39,235 bases of DNA from a virus (IMGVR_UViG_3300037195_001281:1-39235), one strand, 5' to 3'. Shown: positions 25,607 through 34,527, counted from the first letter of the stretch. The notes: generated from the letters alone by a model not told the origin. Made by a program: numbers and translations.

Positions 25607-27700
25607 TTACTCCGGTGATGGGATGTTGCCCTGTGCGTCCGGGCTGTCTGTCATTGCCATTTTTGCGGCTTCAAGACCGGCCTCCATCTGAAGCTCCTGG
25701 TCTTTTCTGCGCGCGTTCGCTGCCGCCTCTTGTGCTTCAAGTTCCATGCGGCGGTTCATCTCTTCGCGTTTGATGGCCAGCTCACCCATGACACGCTCAC
25801 GATCAATCTCGATCTTGGCATTGGCCTCAAACTGCTTGAGCTGCTGTTGCGCCTGCGATTCCTGCTGTTTCTGCTGGATTTCAGCCTGCGCCTTCATGAC
25901 TTCAGGGCTGGGCTGCTGTTGACCTTGCTGTTGCATCTGCTGCGGGTCTGGCATCGAAAAGAACGCCGAGGCATCCTTGAATCCGACCTGTTCGACCCAC
26001 TTGTGCAGTGCATTGGCATATTGCGTCATGTTAACGATCGGACCGTTTGGTCCCATCACGGACATAAGAGTTTCCTGCTTGTCGATGATGGCTTGCAGCT
26101 GCATCATCTGTGTCTGCTGACTGCCACGACCCATGCCAACGTTAACGCTAACATCGAACTCGCTGGCCCAAGCGGACGGATCGACCGTCACCCATTCGTT
26201 GCGCAGGCGAATAACGCGCTCTTTGTCCTGATTAGCGCGAATGACCTTTAGCATTTTGCTGAAGATGCAAGCCACACCCTCCGCCGCAAGCCGTGTGATC
26301 ATCTCAATGCGCTGCTGTTGCAGTGACATGACCTGCGCGGTTGCCGCCGCCGTCGCATTCTGCAACAGATCCGGGTCAATGCCGTTCGCGCCAGAAATGC
26401 CCGTGCGCTTATCGATGACTTCATCAAGTTCCGAAATCATGCCGTAGCTGTGCTGCGCGACAAACGGCGTCACTTCATTCTGAATGGCTCCGATCTGCTT
26501 GACCGGAATGATTCCGCCTGGGACCGTGTCCAGAAGGCTTGACACGTCATCAATCTGATTAAGCACCGCCTGCTTGCGCGGATTGTTTGACAGATACAGG
26601 TTGTCGAGAGTTTGGCGATACAGCGTCGATTTGATGCGCTGGATATCCATAACCAGATCGCCAACCGACAGACCGTAATACCGATGAGGAATCGGAACCG
26701 GGCACCAATCCGAGAACGGGTCGTCTTCAACCTCTTCACGATGCAAAATGACGCCGTTCGCATCGTCGCCACCCATTACGACATGGACAAGCTCCGAAAT
26801 GCCGTCTTCATCCACATCACAGCGGATATAGGCATCTGTTACCCATACTTCCTGTTCGCTGTCATCCAGCGTCGTGGTGTCGGCATCCTCCTGACCAGCC
26901 ATGCGGTTGCTGGCTTCGTCGTTGTGGTCGTCATTTGCAAGCGGGATGCTTTCGACCATCTCACGGTCATAGCCCGCAAGGATCAGGTTCGATCTTGTTT
27001 CCGGTCGGCGGTGCGCCTTGAACCGGATGTTGCGATCAGACGCCCGCGCATCCGAGCAAATCATGAACTCTTCGGGCGGAATGTTGTCGACAACACAAAT
27101 CCCGCGAACATTCTTGCGGCGCAGCGTAACGCTGTGGGTCGGCAATTCAATCTCAAGACCCGACATCGGATCGATTGTGATCTCTGCCTCTTGTGAGTGT
27201 TCAGTGACCTGAACGTCATCGCCTTCAGTCAGGAGGACATATTGGTCCTCATCAAGCCCGGTGTATGTCTCCGGTGCGCTCCAAGTTTCCTCGGTCTGCC
27301 AATAGGTTTTGGTGACGCCGCGCTTGTACATCAACCCATCCTTGATGAACTGGTACAGCACCATGAAACCATCATTATCGTGGTTGAACACGAAGTTGAC
27401 GTAATCGGTTGCCTGCTTGGCTTGTGCGACGTCCTCCGGGCCGGTCGGATCAAACTCAACAACCCGCTCGGAGCTGGCAAACACGCGCATCAGCGGCGGC
27501 ATCATGCTTTCGATAACGTCAAGCACATCGCGCGACACGAACTGCGAATACCCCTCGCGCTCGTCACCAAACGCCTCGCCCATGTAGTAATCGAACACAT
27601 CGCGACGATCAGACGAAATATCGCTGTCGTTATAGCTCACACTGTTGCTGATCTCGCTCGACACCAGTTGAGCAAGCTCGTCATCGCTCATTTGAGCCAT
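25607..27700 (-). CDS. Portal protein (P22-like)
   Basis: 697 aa after TerL; VSRDV.D.IE.M.P.LMRVF, A.QAT.YVN.VF; Q-rich helical C-terminal barrel. Confidence 0.9.
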   Translation of the reverse strand: MAQMSDDELAQLVSSEISNSVSYNDSDISSDRRDVFDYYMGEAFGDEREGYSQFVSRDVLDVIESMMPPLMRVFASSERVVEFDPTGPEDVAQAKQATDYVNFVFNHDNDGFMVLYQFIKDGLMYKRGVTKTYWQTEETWSAPETYTGLDEDQYVLLTEGDDVQVTEHSQEAEITIDPMSGLEIELPTHSVTLRRKNVRGICVVDNIPPEEFMICSDARASDRNIRFKAHRRPETRSNLILAGYDREMVESIPLANDDHNDEASNRMAGQEDADTTTLDDSEQEVWVTDAYIRCDVDEDGISELVHVVMGGDDANGVILHREEVEDDPFSDWCPVPIPHRYYGLSVGDLVMDIQRIKSTLYRQTLDNLYLSNNPRKQAVLNQIDDVSSLLDTVPGGIIPVKQIGAIQNEVTPFVAQHSYGMISELDEVIDKRTGISGANGIDPDLLQNATAAATAQVMSLQQQRIEMITRLAAEGVACIFSKMLKVIRANQDKERVIRLRNEWVTVDPSAWASEFDVSVNVGMGRGSQQTQMMQLQAIIDKQETLMSVMGPNGPIVNMTQYANALHKWVEQVGFKDASAFFSMPDPQQMQQQGQQQPSPEVMKAQAEIQQKQQESQAQQQLKQFEANAKIEIDRERVMGELAIKREEMNRRMELEAQEAAANARRKDQELQMEAGLEAAKMAMTDSPDAQGNIPSPE

Positions 27701-27701
27701 G

Positions 27702-29009
27702 TCATACGATCCATTTTGTGTTTGGGCGAAGGTTGACGGTTGTTGTCACTGTTTCTTGAAGCGCCACGGCCAGATAACGGAAGCTGTCCGCTGCGTGGCT
27801 GGTCCAGTCATGGACCGGGCGCGGGCGGAACCCACGGCGCTTTTCATCATATTCGGCGCGATACTGTTTCAGGCATTCAAGCCCGTGATCGCAGTTCTTT
27901 TCATCAAACCAGCAGCGCGGGAGAATACGACGGACGGCGTTAATACCATCCTCGACATTCAGTTTCGGCGCGATGCGCGGGTTGATCCCGAGGCCTTGCA
28001 GGGTTTCGATACGGCTGCGGCCCGTGCCAAGCTCTCTGACTTCTGCGTCATGTGGCAGGATGTGATCGCCGTAGAGGTATCCTTTGGTCTGGAGAACCTC
28101 GGCGTAGTGATCGAGCCCGACGCCATTCGCTTCGTAGAAGTCGACAAGCCTGATTTCGCGGCCTACCTGCTGATAGAACCAAATCGAAGTGCTGTCGCCC
28201 ATGCCCAAGTCCCAAGCGGTATGGACCGGAACCGCCGCCTCGACCGGGACAGAACAAATGCGCCCTTCATCCTGCGCCGCTTCAAGCTGGTGGCCGTAAT
28301 ATGCCCCAAGGATTGCAGCATCAAATGAGCATTGCCATTCTTGCCGGAACAGGCTTTCGCCCATCACCGGCCCCCACTCGGCAATCATTTCCTCGCGCTC
28401 GCGATCAAGCACGTCCTGCGGCAGCGCCATGGTCTCGCTGATCGGGGCCAGCCTTACGTGCCAGTCCTCGCGATCCTTGACCGCTTTATAGAGCTTGTAT
28501 GCGTGGTTCTTGCCGCGCGGCGTGGTGATGAATACTGCCCACCCACCGTTCTCAAGCAAGATCGGACGGATATAACCCCATGCCAGGGGATTAGCCAAAG
28601 CCCATTCAGACCCGACAACGCCGATCGGTGGAGAGCCCACCAGAGAGTTGAAGTTATCAGATCCGACAACCTGCCACGTTGACCCGTTGCGGAACTTGAT
28701 CAGCATTTCCTGTTCGCGGGTCGTGGCGCGAAGCTCTTTCGGAAAGGCCTCGTCAATCCTGCGCTTGCCGGTGTGCGGATTGATCGCTTCCCAGATCGCT
28801 TTGCGGGCCTGTGCTGCTTCCGGCAGCATGTGCCAGTACGTGCCGATGCGCTGAACAACTTGCGTTGCCGTCCAATGAAGTGCGATATCATCCTTGCCAT
28901 AACGACGATGCGCAAAGATCAACGCTCTTTTCTTGCCGCTTTCCAGCGCCTTCCAATCAGGCATCTGGTAATCACGGGGCCGCCAGTTATTAGGAAGCGT
29001 TATCGTCAT
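27702..29009 (-). CDS. terL: Terminase large subunit
   Basis: PRDYQ, HRRYGKD Walker A, SEWA, FITTPRG, WDLG..DST, SHAADSFRY. Confidence 0.95.
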   Translation of the reverse strand: MTITLPNNWRPRDYQMPDWKALESGKKRALIFAHRRYGKDDIALHWTATQVVQRIGTYWHMLPEAAQARKAIWEAINPHTGKRRIDEAFPKELRATTREQEMLIKFRNGSTWQVVGSDNFNSLVGSPPIGVVGSEWALANPLAWGYIRPILLENGGWAVFITTPRGKNHAYKLYKAVKDREDWHVRLAPISETMALPQDVLDREREEMIAEWGPVMGESLFRQEWQCSFDAAILGAYYGHQLEAAQDEGRICSVPVEAAVPVHTAWDLGMGDSTSIWFYQQVGREIRLVDFYEANGVGLDHYAEVLQTKGYLYGDHILPHDAEVRELGTGRSRIETLQGLGINPRIAPKLNVEDGINAVRRILPRCWFDEKNCDHGLECLKQYRAEYDEKRRGFRPRPVHDWTSHAADSFRYLAVALQETVTTTVNLRPNTKWIV

Positions 29010-29544
29010 CGCTGAACCGAACGACGTTCACTGTCATCGGTCCACCATCTGGGCCGGATAGTTCCGTCTTATCTGTGAACATGCCAAGGTGGCGACCCAT
29101 GCTGACCAATGCGGCCTGCTTGTCATGCATCTTGATCTTCACGCCGTTGGCGGTCAGCGAAACCTCGGACACAGCCGCAGCGGTGTCGTCGTCGATCTCC
29201 TCGCTCGGAACCAGTTCGATCGGGTAAATGCCGAGGCCGTTCTTGTCAGCGTTCTCGCTGGTGTCATCGATTGGCGAACGCCCCCAGCGTACTGCTTTGC
29301 GAATGTCCTGAAAGCCGATCTTGGCAAGCTCTGCAAGCACCTGATCCTGCGTAATTCCTGTGCGTTCTGAACGTTTGTCCATCGCCTTTTGGATCGCATT
29401 TTCTATTTCAGGTTTTTTCAGGAGGTCGTGCCCTGTCGAATAGGCGCTTTTCTCGCTGTACCCGGCGCGGATTGCTGCCTGAGTTACATTGAGGTCGATC
29501 AGGTATTCCTCGACGAACCTTTGCTGTTTGCCGGTGAGCTTCAC
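28990..29544 (-). CDS. terS: Terminase small subunit
   Basis: LT.KQ.RFVEEYLIDLN.TQAAIRAGYS. Confidence 0.95.
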   Translation of the reverse strand: MKLTGKQQRFVEEYLIDLNVTQAAIRAGYSEKSAYSTGHDLLKKPEIENAIQKAMDKRSERTGITQDQVLAELAKIGFQDIRKAVRWGRSPIDDTSENADKNGLGIYPIELVPSEEIDDDTAAAVSEVSLTANGVKIKMHDKQAALVSMGRHLGMFTDKTELSGPDGGPMTVNVVRFSDDDNAS

Positions 29545-29570
29545 TTGCCAGTCCTTTCGGGTGTTGGCAC

Positions 29571-29594
29571 AAAAAATCCCGCCGAAGCGGGGTT
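29571..29594 (-). terminator. Terminator just upstream of terS
   Basis: CCCGC-TTCG-GCGGG-ATTTTTT. Confidence 0.75.
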
Positions 29595-29694
29595 AATTCC
29601 AAGGGGCGTGTCTATCAAAGAACCGTACAGCGCCGATCGTTGCGCCAATGATAGCCAGGCAAAGGAGGATGACGAAAACGACCGCGATTTTCAT
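29593..29694 (-). CDS. 33-aa membrane peptide
   Basis: GAGG RBS; MKIAVVFVILLCLAIIGATIG. Confidence 0.5.
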   Translation of the reverse strand: MKIAVVFVILLCLAIIGATIGAVRFFDRHAPWN

Positions 29695-29695
29695 G

Positions 29696-29941
29696 TCAGT
29701 CCTCTTCGCCGTAAATCTTCGCCAGCTCGGCCCCTGTGGCCTGCATCTTTGCCAGTTCCAAATCCGCGATAACGTCACGAGTGCCGTGGCTGCTGGCGAT
29801 GTATCGTTCGCCTTCCTTTGTCCAGCCGATGACAGTTACTGCAACAAGATCGGCGGACTTCGCGCCTTCAAGCACGCCATTAACCGGGACAGATATTCCA
29901 TCACCAATCTCTGCGGCATTAAACTGGATGACGTCAGCCAT
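29696..29941 (-). CDS. Hypothetical protein
   Basis: TAATG coupling. Confidence 0.7.
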   Translation of the reverse strand: MADVIQFNAAEIGDGISVPVNGVLEGAKSADLVAVTVIGWTKEGERYIASSHGTRDVIADLELAKMQATGAELAKIYGEED

Positions 29942-30072
29942 TAACCAAAGTCCACTGAGACGTGATCGAAGATCCAGACCGCGATATCAATCAGCTTCCA
30001 CAGGCCAAGCGGTACGGAAACGATCAGTACCGCAAACATAGCTTTGATAAGCTGGTCTAGTCCTGCAACCAT
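29941..30072 (-). CDS. 43-aa membrane protein (not in ORF track)
   Basis: MVAGLDQLIKAMFAVLIVSVPLGLWKLIDIAVWIFDHVSVDFG; 1-nt overlaps on both sides. Confidence 0.6.
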   Translation of the reverse strand: MVAGLDQLIKAMFAVLIVSVPLGLWKLIDIAVWIFDHVSVDFG

Positions 30073-30314
30073 CACTTCCACCCCGCCAATTCCTCATACC
30101 GCAGCAGAACAGCCACAACGGGCCGTTCACCGCAGCTTGAGCAGCGGAGCCTTTCCTTGACTTGTTTCAGGGTTTCACCGCCTCGGTGACGCTTGCATAT
30201 GTCGCGCCACAGGTTGACGGTTCGTTTGCGACCGCACTGGCATTCACAGCCTATCGCGGCGTATTCGCGATGGTTCCAGATGGTTCCTATCGCGGTGTTG
30301 TCGAGTTCTTCCAT
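30072..30314 (-). CDS. Zinc-ribbon protein under a LexA-boxed promoter
   Basis: CECQCG and CSSCG motifs; GAGG RBS. Confidence 0.75.
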   Translation of the reverse strand: MEELDNTAIGTIWNHREYAAIGCECQCGRKRTVNLWRDICKRHRGGETLKQVKERLRCSSCGERPVVAVLLRYEELAGWK

Positions 30315-30343
30315 GTCGGGCCTCTTGGCCCTGTCCCTGCTTT

Positions 30344-30372
30344 CAGATAGCGGAACAAAACGAGAACTTCAA
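30344..30372 (-). promoter_or_regulatory. Sigma70-type promoter overlapped by a LexA box
   Basis: TTGAAG-N17-TATCTG with GTTC TCGTTTT GTTC (30353-30367) in the spacer. Confidence 0.75.
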
Positions 30373-30377
30373 CAAAC

Positions 30378-30417
30378 AAAAAAGAGGCAGAACCGCGAAC
30401 GCCAGCACTGCCTCTTT
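30378..30417 (-). terminator. Rho-independent terminator
   Basis: AAAGAGGCAG...CTGCCTCTTT followed by further T. Confidence 0.6.
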
Positions 30418-30524
30418 CTGTAAAGTCTTCGATATCCATGCTTGCGCCGGACAACAAAGGCTTAGACGTAATACACAAGAACCTTATTCTATCGGAATTT
30501 CATCCGATTCGCAACACGTTTAGC

Positions 30525-30559
30525 AAAACAAAACCCGCCCGGATCGCTCCAAGCGGGTT
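30525..30559 (-). terminator. Rho-independent terminator
   Basis: AACCCGCTTGGA-GCGA-TCCGGGCGGGTT-TTGTTTT. Confidence 0.75.
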
Positions 30560-30839
30560 GCCTCTGGTGAGGTCTTTCAAGTCCGCTTTACGCGGTGACG
30601 AATAAAGGGCTGGCCGCTCACATGCCGCTGTTTAACTGAATCCGCCCTATGTCATCAGGTGACGAAGTGATCAGCACCAGCCGGAAACATCCTACTACAC
30701 GGTTATGCCGCATTCAGATGTTGGGGTTTCGTGCGGTTGGCTAAGGGGCCCTGCACTTATAAGCGCGATCCGGTCTGCCAGCCGGGCGATGTGACAACTA
30801 GGGTCAGCCGGTCCCCGATCTTTCGATCATCCGCACGAA
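30560..30839 (-). ncRNA. Candidate structured RNA(s) in the late leader
   Basis: 9-bp closing stem TTCGTGCGG/CCGCACGAA around a multibranch domain with a GAAA tetraloop, plus a second domain. Confidence 0.5.
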
Positions 30840-30841
30840 TC

Positions 30842-30865
30842 AAAAAGCGCCCGACCAGCGGACGC
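30842..30865 (-). terminator. tR'-like terminator
   Basis: GCGTCCG-CTGGT-CGGGCGC-TTTTT shortly after the late promoter. Confidence 0.75.
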
Positions 30866-30885
30866 AATTTGTAAACGTTCCATAC

Positions 30886-30914
30886 AGCATACATGTAGGT
30901 GTACGCGTGGTCAA
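30886..30914 (-). promoter_or_regulatory. Late promoter (pR'-like)
   Basis: TTGACC-N17-TATGCT. Confidence 0.75.
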
Positions 30915-31144
30915 GGGTTAGATACCTTTTTGCCTGCCAAATAGTTCTCAACATCCTCCTTGCTCATGGGGTGATCCGGCGGGAGTTGCCCGTAAACGAA
31001 AGAGGCTTTCTGCTTGGCAACCTCTTCGGGCGTCATTTCTTCCTTCGCTGACTCATGGAGACGGGCGATAAGCGCTGCAAGCGTTGTTTTACCGTGATCC
31101 ACATGCCCAATAATCCCAATGTTTCTTGGTTTGTCCTCACTCAC
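30911..31144 (-). CDS. 77-aa protein with EF-Tu-type P-loop N-terminus
   Basis: KPRNIGIIGHVDHGKTTLAALI; GAGGAGG RBS; GTGA coupling to the upstream gene. Confidence 0.8.
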   Translation of the reverse strand: MSEDKPRNIGIIGHVDHGKTTLAALIARLHESAKEEMTPEEVAKQKASFVYGQLPPDHPMSKEDVENYLAGKKVSNP

Positions 31145-31662
31145 TTCAAAACCTCCTCAACCTCGTTAAGCAAATAGCGCAGCATGCCCATGCCGACGCG
31201 ATCATCTGATTTAGTGGTAACCCCGGTCATGGCCGGCACAGCGTTGCGCGGCTCCCGGCCATCGATCACGACCGCCACCAGGAATTTCACCCCGCTGTCG
31301 CCGAGCTTGTTCATGATCGATCGATAGGCCTTGCGGGCGTCCAGTTGGGTGTCGCTCATGCCCGTGGCTGCCTTGGTGCTGGCACCATTGATCATCTTCA
31401 TGGCGAGCACGTCAGGATCAAGAAACGACCGCGTTGCCTCAGTCTGGTGATAGGCCGCGTGGGCAACCTCGAAATCCACTGCGGCCCCGAATTGCGATTT
31501 GGTCAGGTTGCTGCGGTTGTACTGAGCAAGCAACCAGTCTTTGCCGCCTGCTCGCCAAACCATCTGTTGAACGTTCCCCTCTACCGCCATAACACCGTGC
31601 GTCACTTTGCCGTGTGATTCTCGTTCAGGTGTTGGGCGGTTTTGGTGTACTACTGCTGCCAT
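31141..31662 (-). CDS. Putative late antiterminator/activator (Q position, DUF6456-like)
   Basis: Located upstream of pR'/tR'; AR..Y......LG.......L.AVVIDG...G...LR..L pattern. Confidence 0.55.
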   Translation of the reverse strand: MAAVVHQNRPTPERESHGKVTHGVMAVEGNVQQMVWRAGGKDWLLAQYNRSNLTKSQFGAAVDFEVAHAAYHQTEATRSFLDPDVLAMKMINGASTKAATGMSDTQLDARKAYRSIMNKLGDSGVKFLVAVVIDGREPRNAVPAMTGVTTKSDDRVGMGMLRYLLNEVEEVLK

Positions 31663-31677
31663 GTATACTCCTGCTGC

Positions 31678-31998
31678 TCACTTGCTCGGTGTTTGCCGGT
31701 AGTCCAGTGATTCTTGGTTGATCGTGATTTTGGTGCCGTATGGTGGTTCGGATAGTTCGCGGAGACGGCGCTCGTGTTCCGTTTCTTCGATCGGCTCGCT
31801 GCTTGCTATAGCGTACTGGCTTTCCGCGAGGGTCAATGCGCCAGAGAGTTGAAGCTGGGCAGTGTCGGCTTGGCAGTTCTGCCAAATGGGAGATTGTCCA
31901 CATCCTGCCTTGCATCCTTGACCCATCCCGACACACTGACAAAACGAAGTCCCGCCTTTGGCGCAAATGTCGCGGGCCATTTTTTCGATCACGTTCAC
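31678..31998 (-). CDS. Cys-rich hypothetical protein
   Basis: GGAGG RBS, GTG start, six Cys. Confidence 0.6.
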   Translation of the reverse strand: MNVIEKMARDICAKGGTSFCQCVGMGQGCKAGCGQSPIWQNCQADTAQLQLSGALTLAESQYAIASSEPIEETEHERRLRELSEPPYGTKITINQESLDYRQTPSK

Positions 31999-32186
31999 TC
32001 CACCACCTCCTCTGCCTTGATAAGCAACGCGCCCTCGGCAACGATGCGAACGATTGGGTGAGCTTTCTGCGCTGCCAGCATCCGAGCGCGGGCACGGGCC
32101 ATGCTGAAATCTTCAACGCTTTCCTTGTGGCTGATGATCAGGCCGCCAGAGATGCCGGGCTCACAGCCTTGGATGATGAATTTCAT
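31995..32186 (-). CDS. Hypothetical protein
   Basis: 4-nt overlaps on both sides. Confidence 0.6.
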   Translation of the reverse strand: MKFIIQGCEPGISGGLIISHKESVEDFSMARARARMLAAQKAHPIVRIVAEGALLIKAEEVVE

Positions 32187-32872
32187 GATGCTGCCCCGAA
32201 CTGCTGCTCTTTCTCGAAATTGTCTTTCGGCATTTGCTTAACGCCGGTCTTGCCGCGCGCCATGGCATCGCGCACTTCGCTGACGTTCTCGAACTCCGGA
32301 AGTGTTTTGCAGTATGCGAGGCAGGCAGCGTTGTATGCGCCGTTTGGCCCACCGTACTGCCGACCATCTTCAAACCAATCACGCACCATCCGGCGGCACT
32401 GGTTGTCATCGCCCCATGCGCCATACCCGCAAGCGTCAATTGCGCTGTATGCGATACCCGATTTCATTCCACCGACCGCGCCTTGGCACTGGATGAACGC
32501 CACGGCTTTCAGGTGGAGCTTGAATTTCGATTTTCCGGCCAGCGTCGGGATCTGATTGATTGCCGGGCAGGTCATCAACCGATTCAAGTTTTGCTGCAAC
32601 ATGACTTGCGCGCGATCAAGCGGAGATACCGGCTTTTCGGCTGCCAGCTTCTTGGTCATCGGGCGGTGCTTGTCGTAAGCAACCTTGATTTTGTTGATGC
32701 TCGGGCGCTCGGACAGGACATCAACCATTTCGTCGATGGTGGCGTTCAGGGACTTCGGGTCCAGACCGTTCAAGCGATCCTGGTATTCAACCTTCGCCCC
32801 ATCCGTCATTTTGAACGGCCAAGCGTCGTTGATGCGATCCACGATCTCGATGATTTGCGGATTGATGGTCAC
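32183..32872 (-). CDS. Putative helicase-loader-like replication protein
   Basis: GAGGAGG RBS, GTG start; follows the initiator; N-terminal helical domain ending RPSINKI. Confidence 0.5.
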   Translation of the reverse strand: MTINPQIIEIVDRINDAWPFKMTDGAKVEYQDRLNGLDPKSLNATIDEMVDVLSERPSINKIKVAYDKHRPMTKKLAAEKPVSPLDRAQVMLQQNLNRLMTCPAINQIPTLAGKSKFKLHLKAVAFIQCQGAVGGMKSGIAYSAIDACGYGAWGDDNQCRRMVRDWFEDGRQYGGPNGAYNAACLAYCKTLPEFENVSEVRDAMARGKTGVKQMPKDNFEKEQQFGAAS

Positions 32873-32873
32873 G

Positions 32874-33650
32874 TCAAGCCTCCTCTCGCAGTGCTGCGCG
32901 TCTTGCCCGTATCGCTTCGATTCCGGAATTATCAGGGTCGTTGCGAGCCTTCTGCCGCCCGGCCGGGAATGTGTGCAGGTTTGAATACTGGCCGTTGCGC
33001 AAAACTTTCGCGACGTAGGCCGGTGGAGACATAGCGCCACACGCCTGCGCTTGTTTCATCGCGTCGAAGACTTGCTTGGCAGGATAGGTTTTCAGCCAGT
33101 CGCTGGTGATAGCCCTTGCCTGAGATTCCGACGATCCAAATGCGATCAGGTAAGCTTGCCCTTCTTCCATGACCCAAGCTTCGTTTTCATCTCGCGCGTC
33201 TCTCTCTCTTTCTTTGTTCTCTTGGTTATCCTTGTTCTTATTTGTCCCGCTGCTGTCCCGCTGCTGTCCCGCTGCTGTCCCGCTTGGTGGTTCGGCTACC
33301 GTCCCGGTTGCTTCTTCGCTGTCCTGATACTTATCGTAATTACAGACAGTTATGATCAACTGACCTGTCCCGGTGTCTGTCTCAATCATTGTCTCGGTTT
33401 CGAGACGGGCAAGGAACCGGTCAACGCTGGACTTGCTCCACTTCCAAGCATCTGCCAGATATCGAACCGAATAGGAGAGTTGCCCGCGTTTCAACAGGAC
33501 AGTCTTTCCTGCGATATCCGTTCTAAGGCCCTCACGACGCCACACGGCATGCGCAACGATCCAGTCCCATGCCGCCAGTCGGCAGAGCTTCTCAGAGCGA
33601 AACAGAGGATGCTTAAACCGGTCGCGCTGTGCGGCTACGAAGTTGCTCAT
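32874..33650 (-). CDS. Replication initiator (lambda O-like)
   Basis: LKRGQ...S.R.LA..W.WS...V.RFL..LE HTH and ITVCNYDKYQ; internal iterons. Confidence 0.85.
   Translation of the reverse strand: MSNFVAAQRDRFKHPLFRSEKLCRLAAWDWIVAHAVWRREGLRTDIAGKTVLLKRGQLSYSVRYLADAWKWSKSSVDRFLARLETETMIETDTGTGQLIITVCNYDKYQDSEEATGTVAEPPSGTAAGQQRDSSGTNKNKDNQENKERERDARDENEAWVMEEGQAYLIAFGSSESQARAITSDWLKTYPAKQVFDAMKQAQACGAMSPPAYVAKVLRNGQYSNLHTFPAGRQKARNDPDNSGIEAIRARRAALREEA
33195..33402. repeat. Replication origin iterons
   Basis: TGTCCCGCTGC about 4 times in tandem (33243-33284), variants at ~33300, 33367 and 33391, next to a purine-skewed A-rich tract. Confidence 0.75.
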
Positions 33651-34042
33651 CAACCCAGCTCCACCCCGGCCTCTGCCAGAAACTTCATGGCCGGCCACGG
33701 AAAGCCATTGCGATAGCAAACGCCTTCACGAACCTCTGCCGGAATGCCTTTCTCGGTCAAAATGCTGGCGGCGCGGTAATACGGGTGTTTGCTGGTGTCG
33801 ATGTTGGGTGACAGACTTGACCATGCCTGGGCGGCTTTTGTTTCTTCCTGCTGCCCGTACAGGTTCTTGTTGCAGTGAACACGGTCAAACAAACCGCTGA
33901 ATGAGACGATGTTGCGCGCAGAAAGGAGGCTTATGCCGCATGATTCCGCAACTGCATTGATGACTGCTTGACGGCTGTTGCCTTGGCTGTGCAGGGACTT
34001 TACGAGGCGGCGTGCCTTCTTGCGTTGTGCTTCTGTTGTCAT
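33650..34042 (-). CDS. Hypothetical protein
   Basis: GAGGAG RBS; TGATG coupling to the initiator. Confidence 0.7.
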   Translation of the reverse strand: MTTEAQRKKARRLVKSLHSQGNSRQAVINAVAESCGISLLSARNIVSFSGLFDRVHCNKNLYGQQEETKAAQAWSSLSPNIDTSKHPYYRAASILTEKGIPAEVREGVCYRNGFPWPAMKFLAEAGVELG

Positions 34043-34053
34043 GGGTTTGCTCC

Positions 34054-34527
34054 TCAGAACGGGATTTCATCGTCAAGATCGGGTGCGCCGGTTTGGCCGT
34101 TGCCCCATCCGGTATCGCTGCCGGATCCGAAGCTGCCGCCGTCGTTGTTGGACGACCCGCCGCCATCGCCCTGCCCTTGGCTGTCAAGCATGGTCAGGTT
34201 GCTGTTGAAACCTTCCAGCACAACTTCGGTGCTGTAGTTGTCCTTGCCGTCCTGTCCCTGCCATTTGCGGGTGCGCAGTTGACCTTCGATGTAGAGCTTG
34301 CTGCCTTTTTTGACGAAGCGTTCGACAACGTCTGCAAGGCCTTCGTTGAAGACGACAATGCGATGCCATTCGGTACGTTCGCGGCGTTCACCAGACTGAC
34401 GGTCGCGCCACTGTTCGGAGGTCGCAATGCTGAAATTGGCGATCTTTTTGCCAGCTTGGGTAAAGCGGATTTCAGGATCGCGCCCGAGGTTCCCGACGAG
34501 GATAACTTTATTGACTGATCCGGCCAC
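34054..34527 (-). CDS. ssb: Single-stranded DNA-binding protein
   Basis: AGSVNKVILVGNLGRDPE...TEWHR...DDEIPF; GTG start. Confidence 0.95.
   Translation of the reverse strand: MAGSVNKVILVGNLGRDPEIRFTQAGKKIANFSIATSEQWRDRQSGERRERTEWHRIVVFNEGLADVVERFVKKGSKLYIEGQLRTRKWQGQDGKDNYSTEVVLEGFNSNLTMLDSQGQGDGGGSSNNDGGSFGSGSDTGWGNGQTGAPDLDDEIPF

Noticed and set aside
30570-30660. Hammerhead ribozyme (CTGATGA...GAAA on the - strand)
   Set aside because: Could not build stems I-III with GAAA directly after stem II and an NUH site.
30911-31144. tuf pseudogene or true GTPase
   Set aside because: Similarity stops after helix 1, flanking DNA is occupied by other genes and the late promoter, and the ORF has intact expression signals.
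11071-34518. Long + strand ORFs such as 11071-11979, 16439-17263, 22320-23270, 23311-24153 and 32234-33034
   Set aside because: Antisense shadows of well-supported - strand genes in GC-rich DNA; no motifs or RBS.
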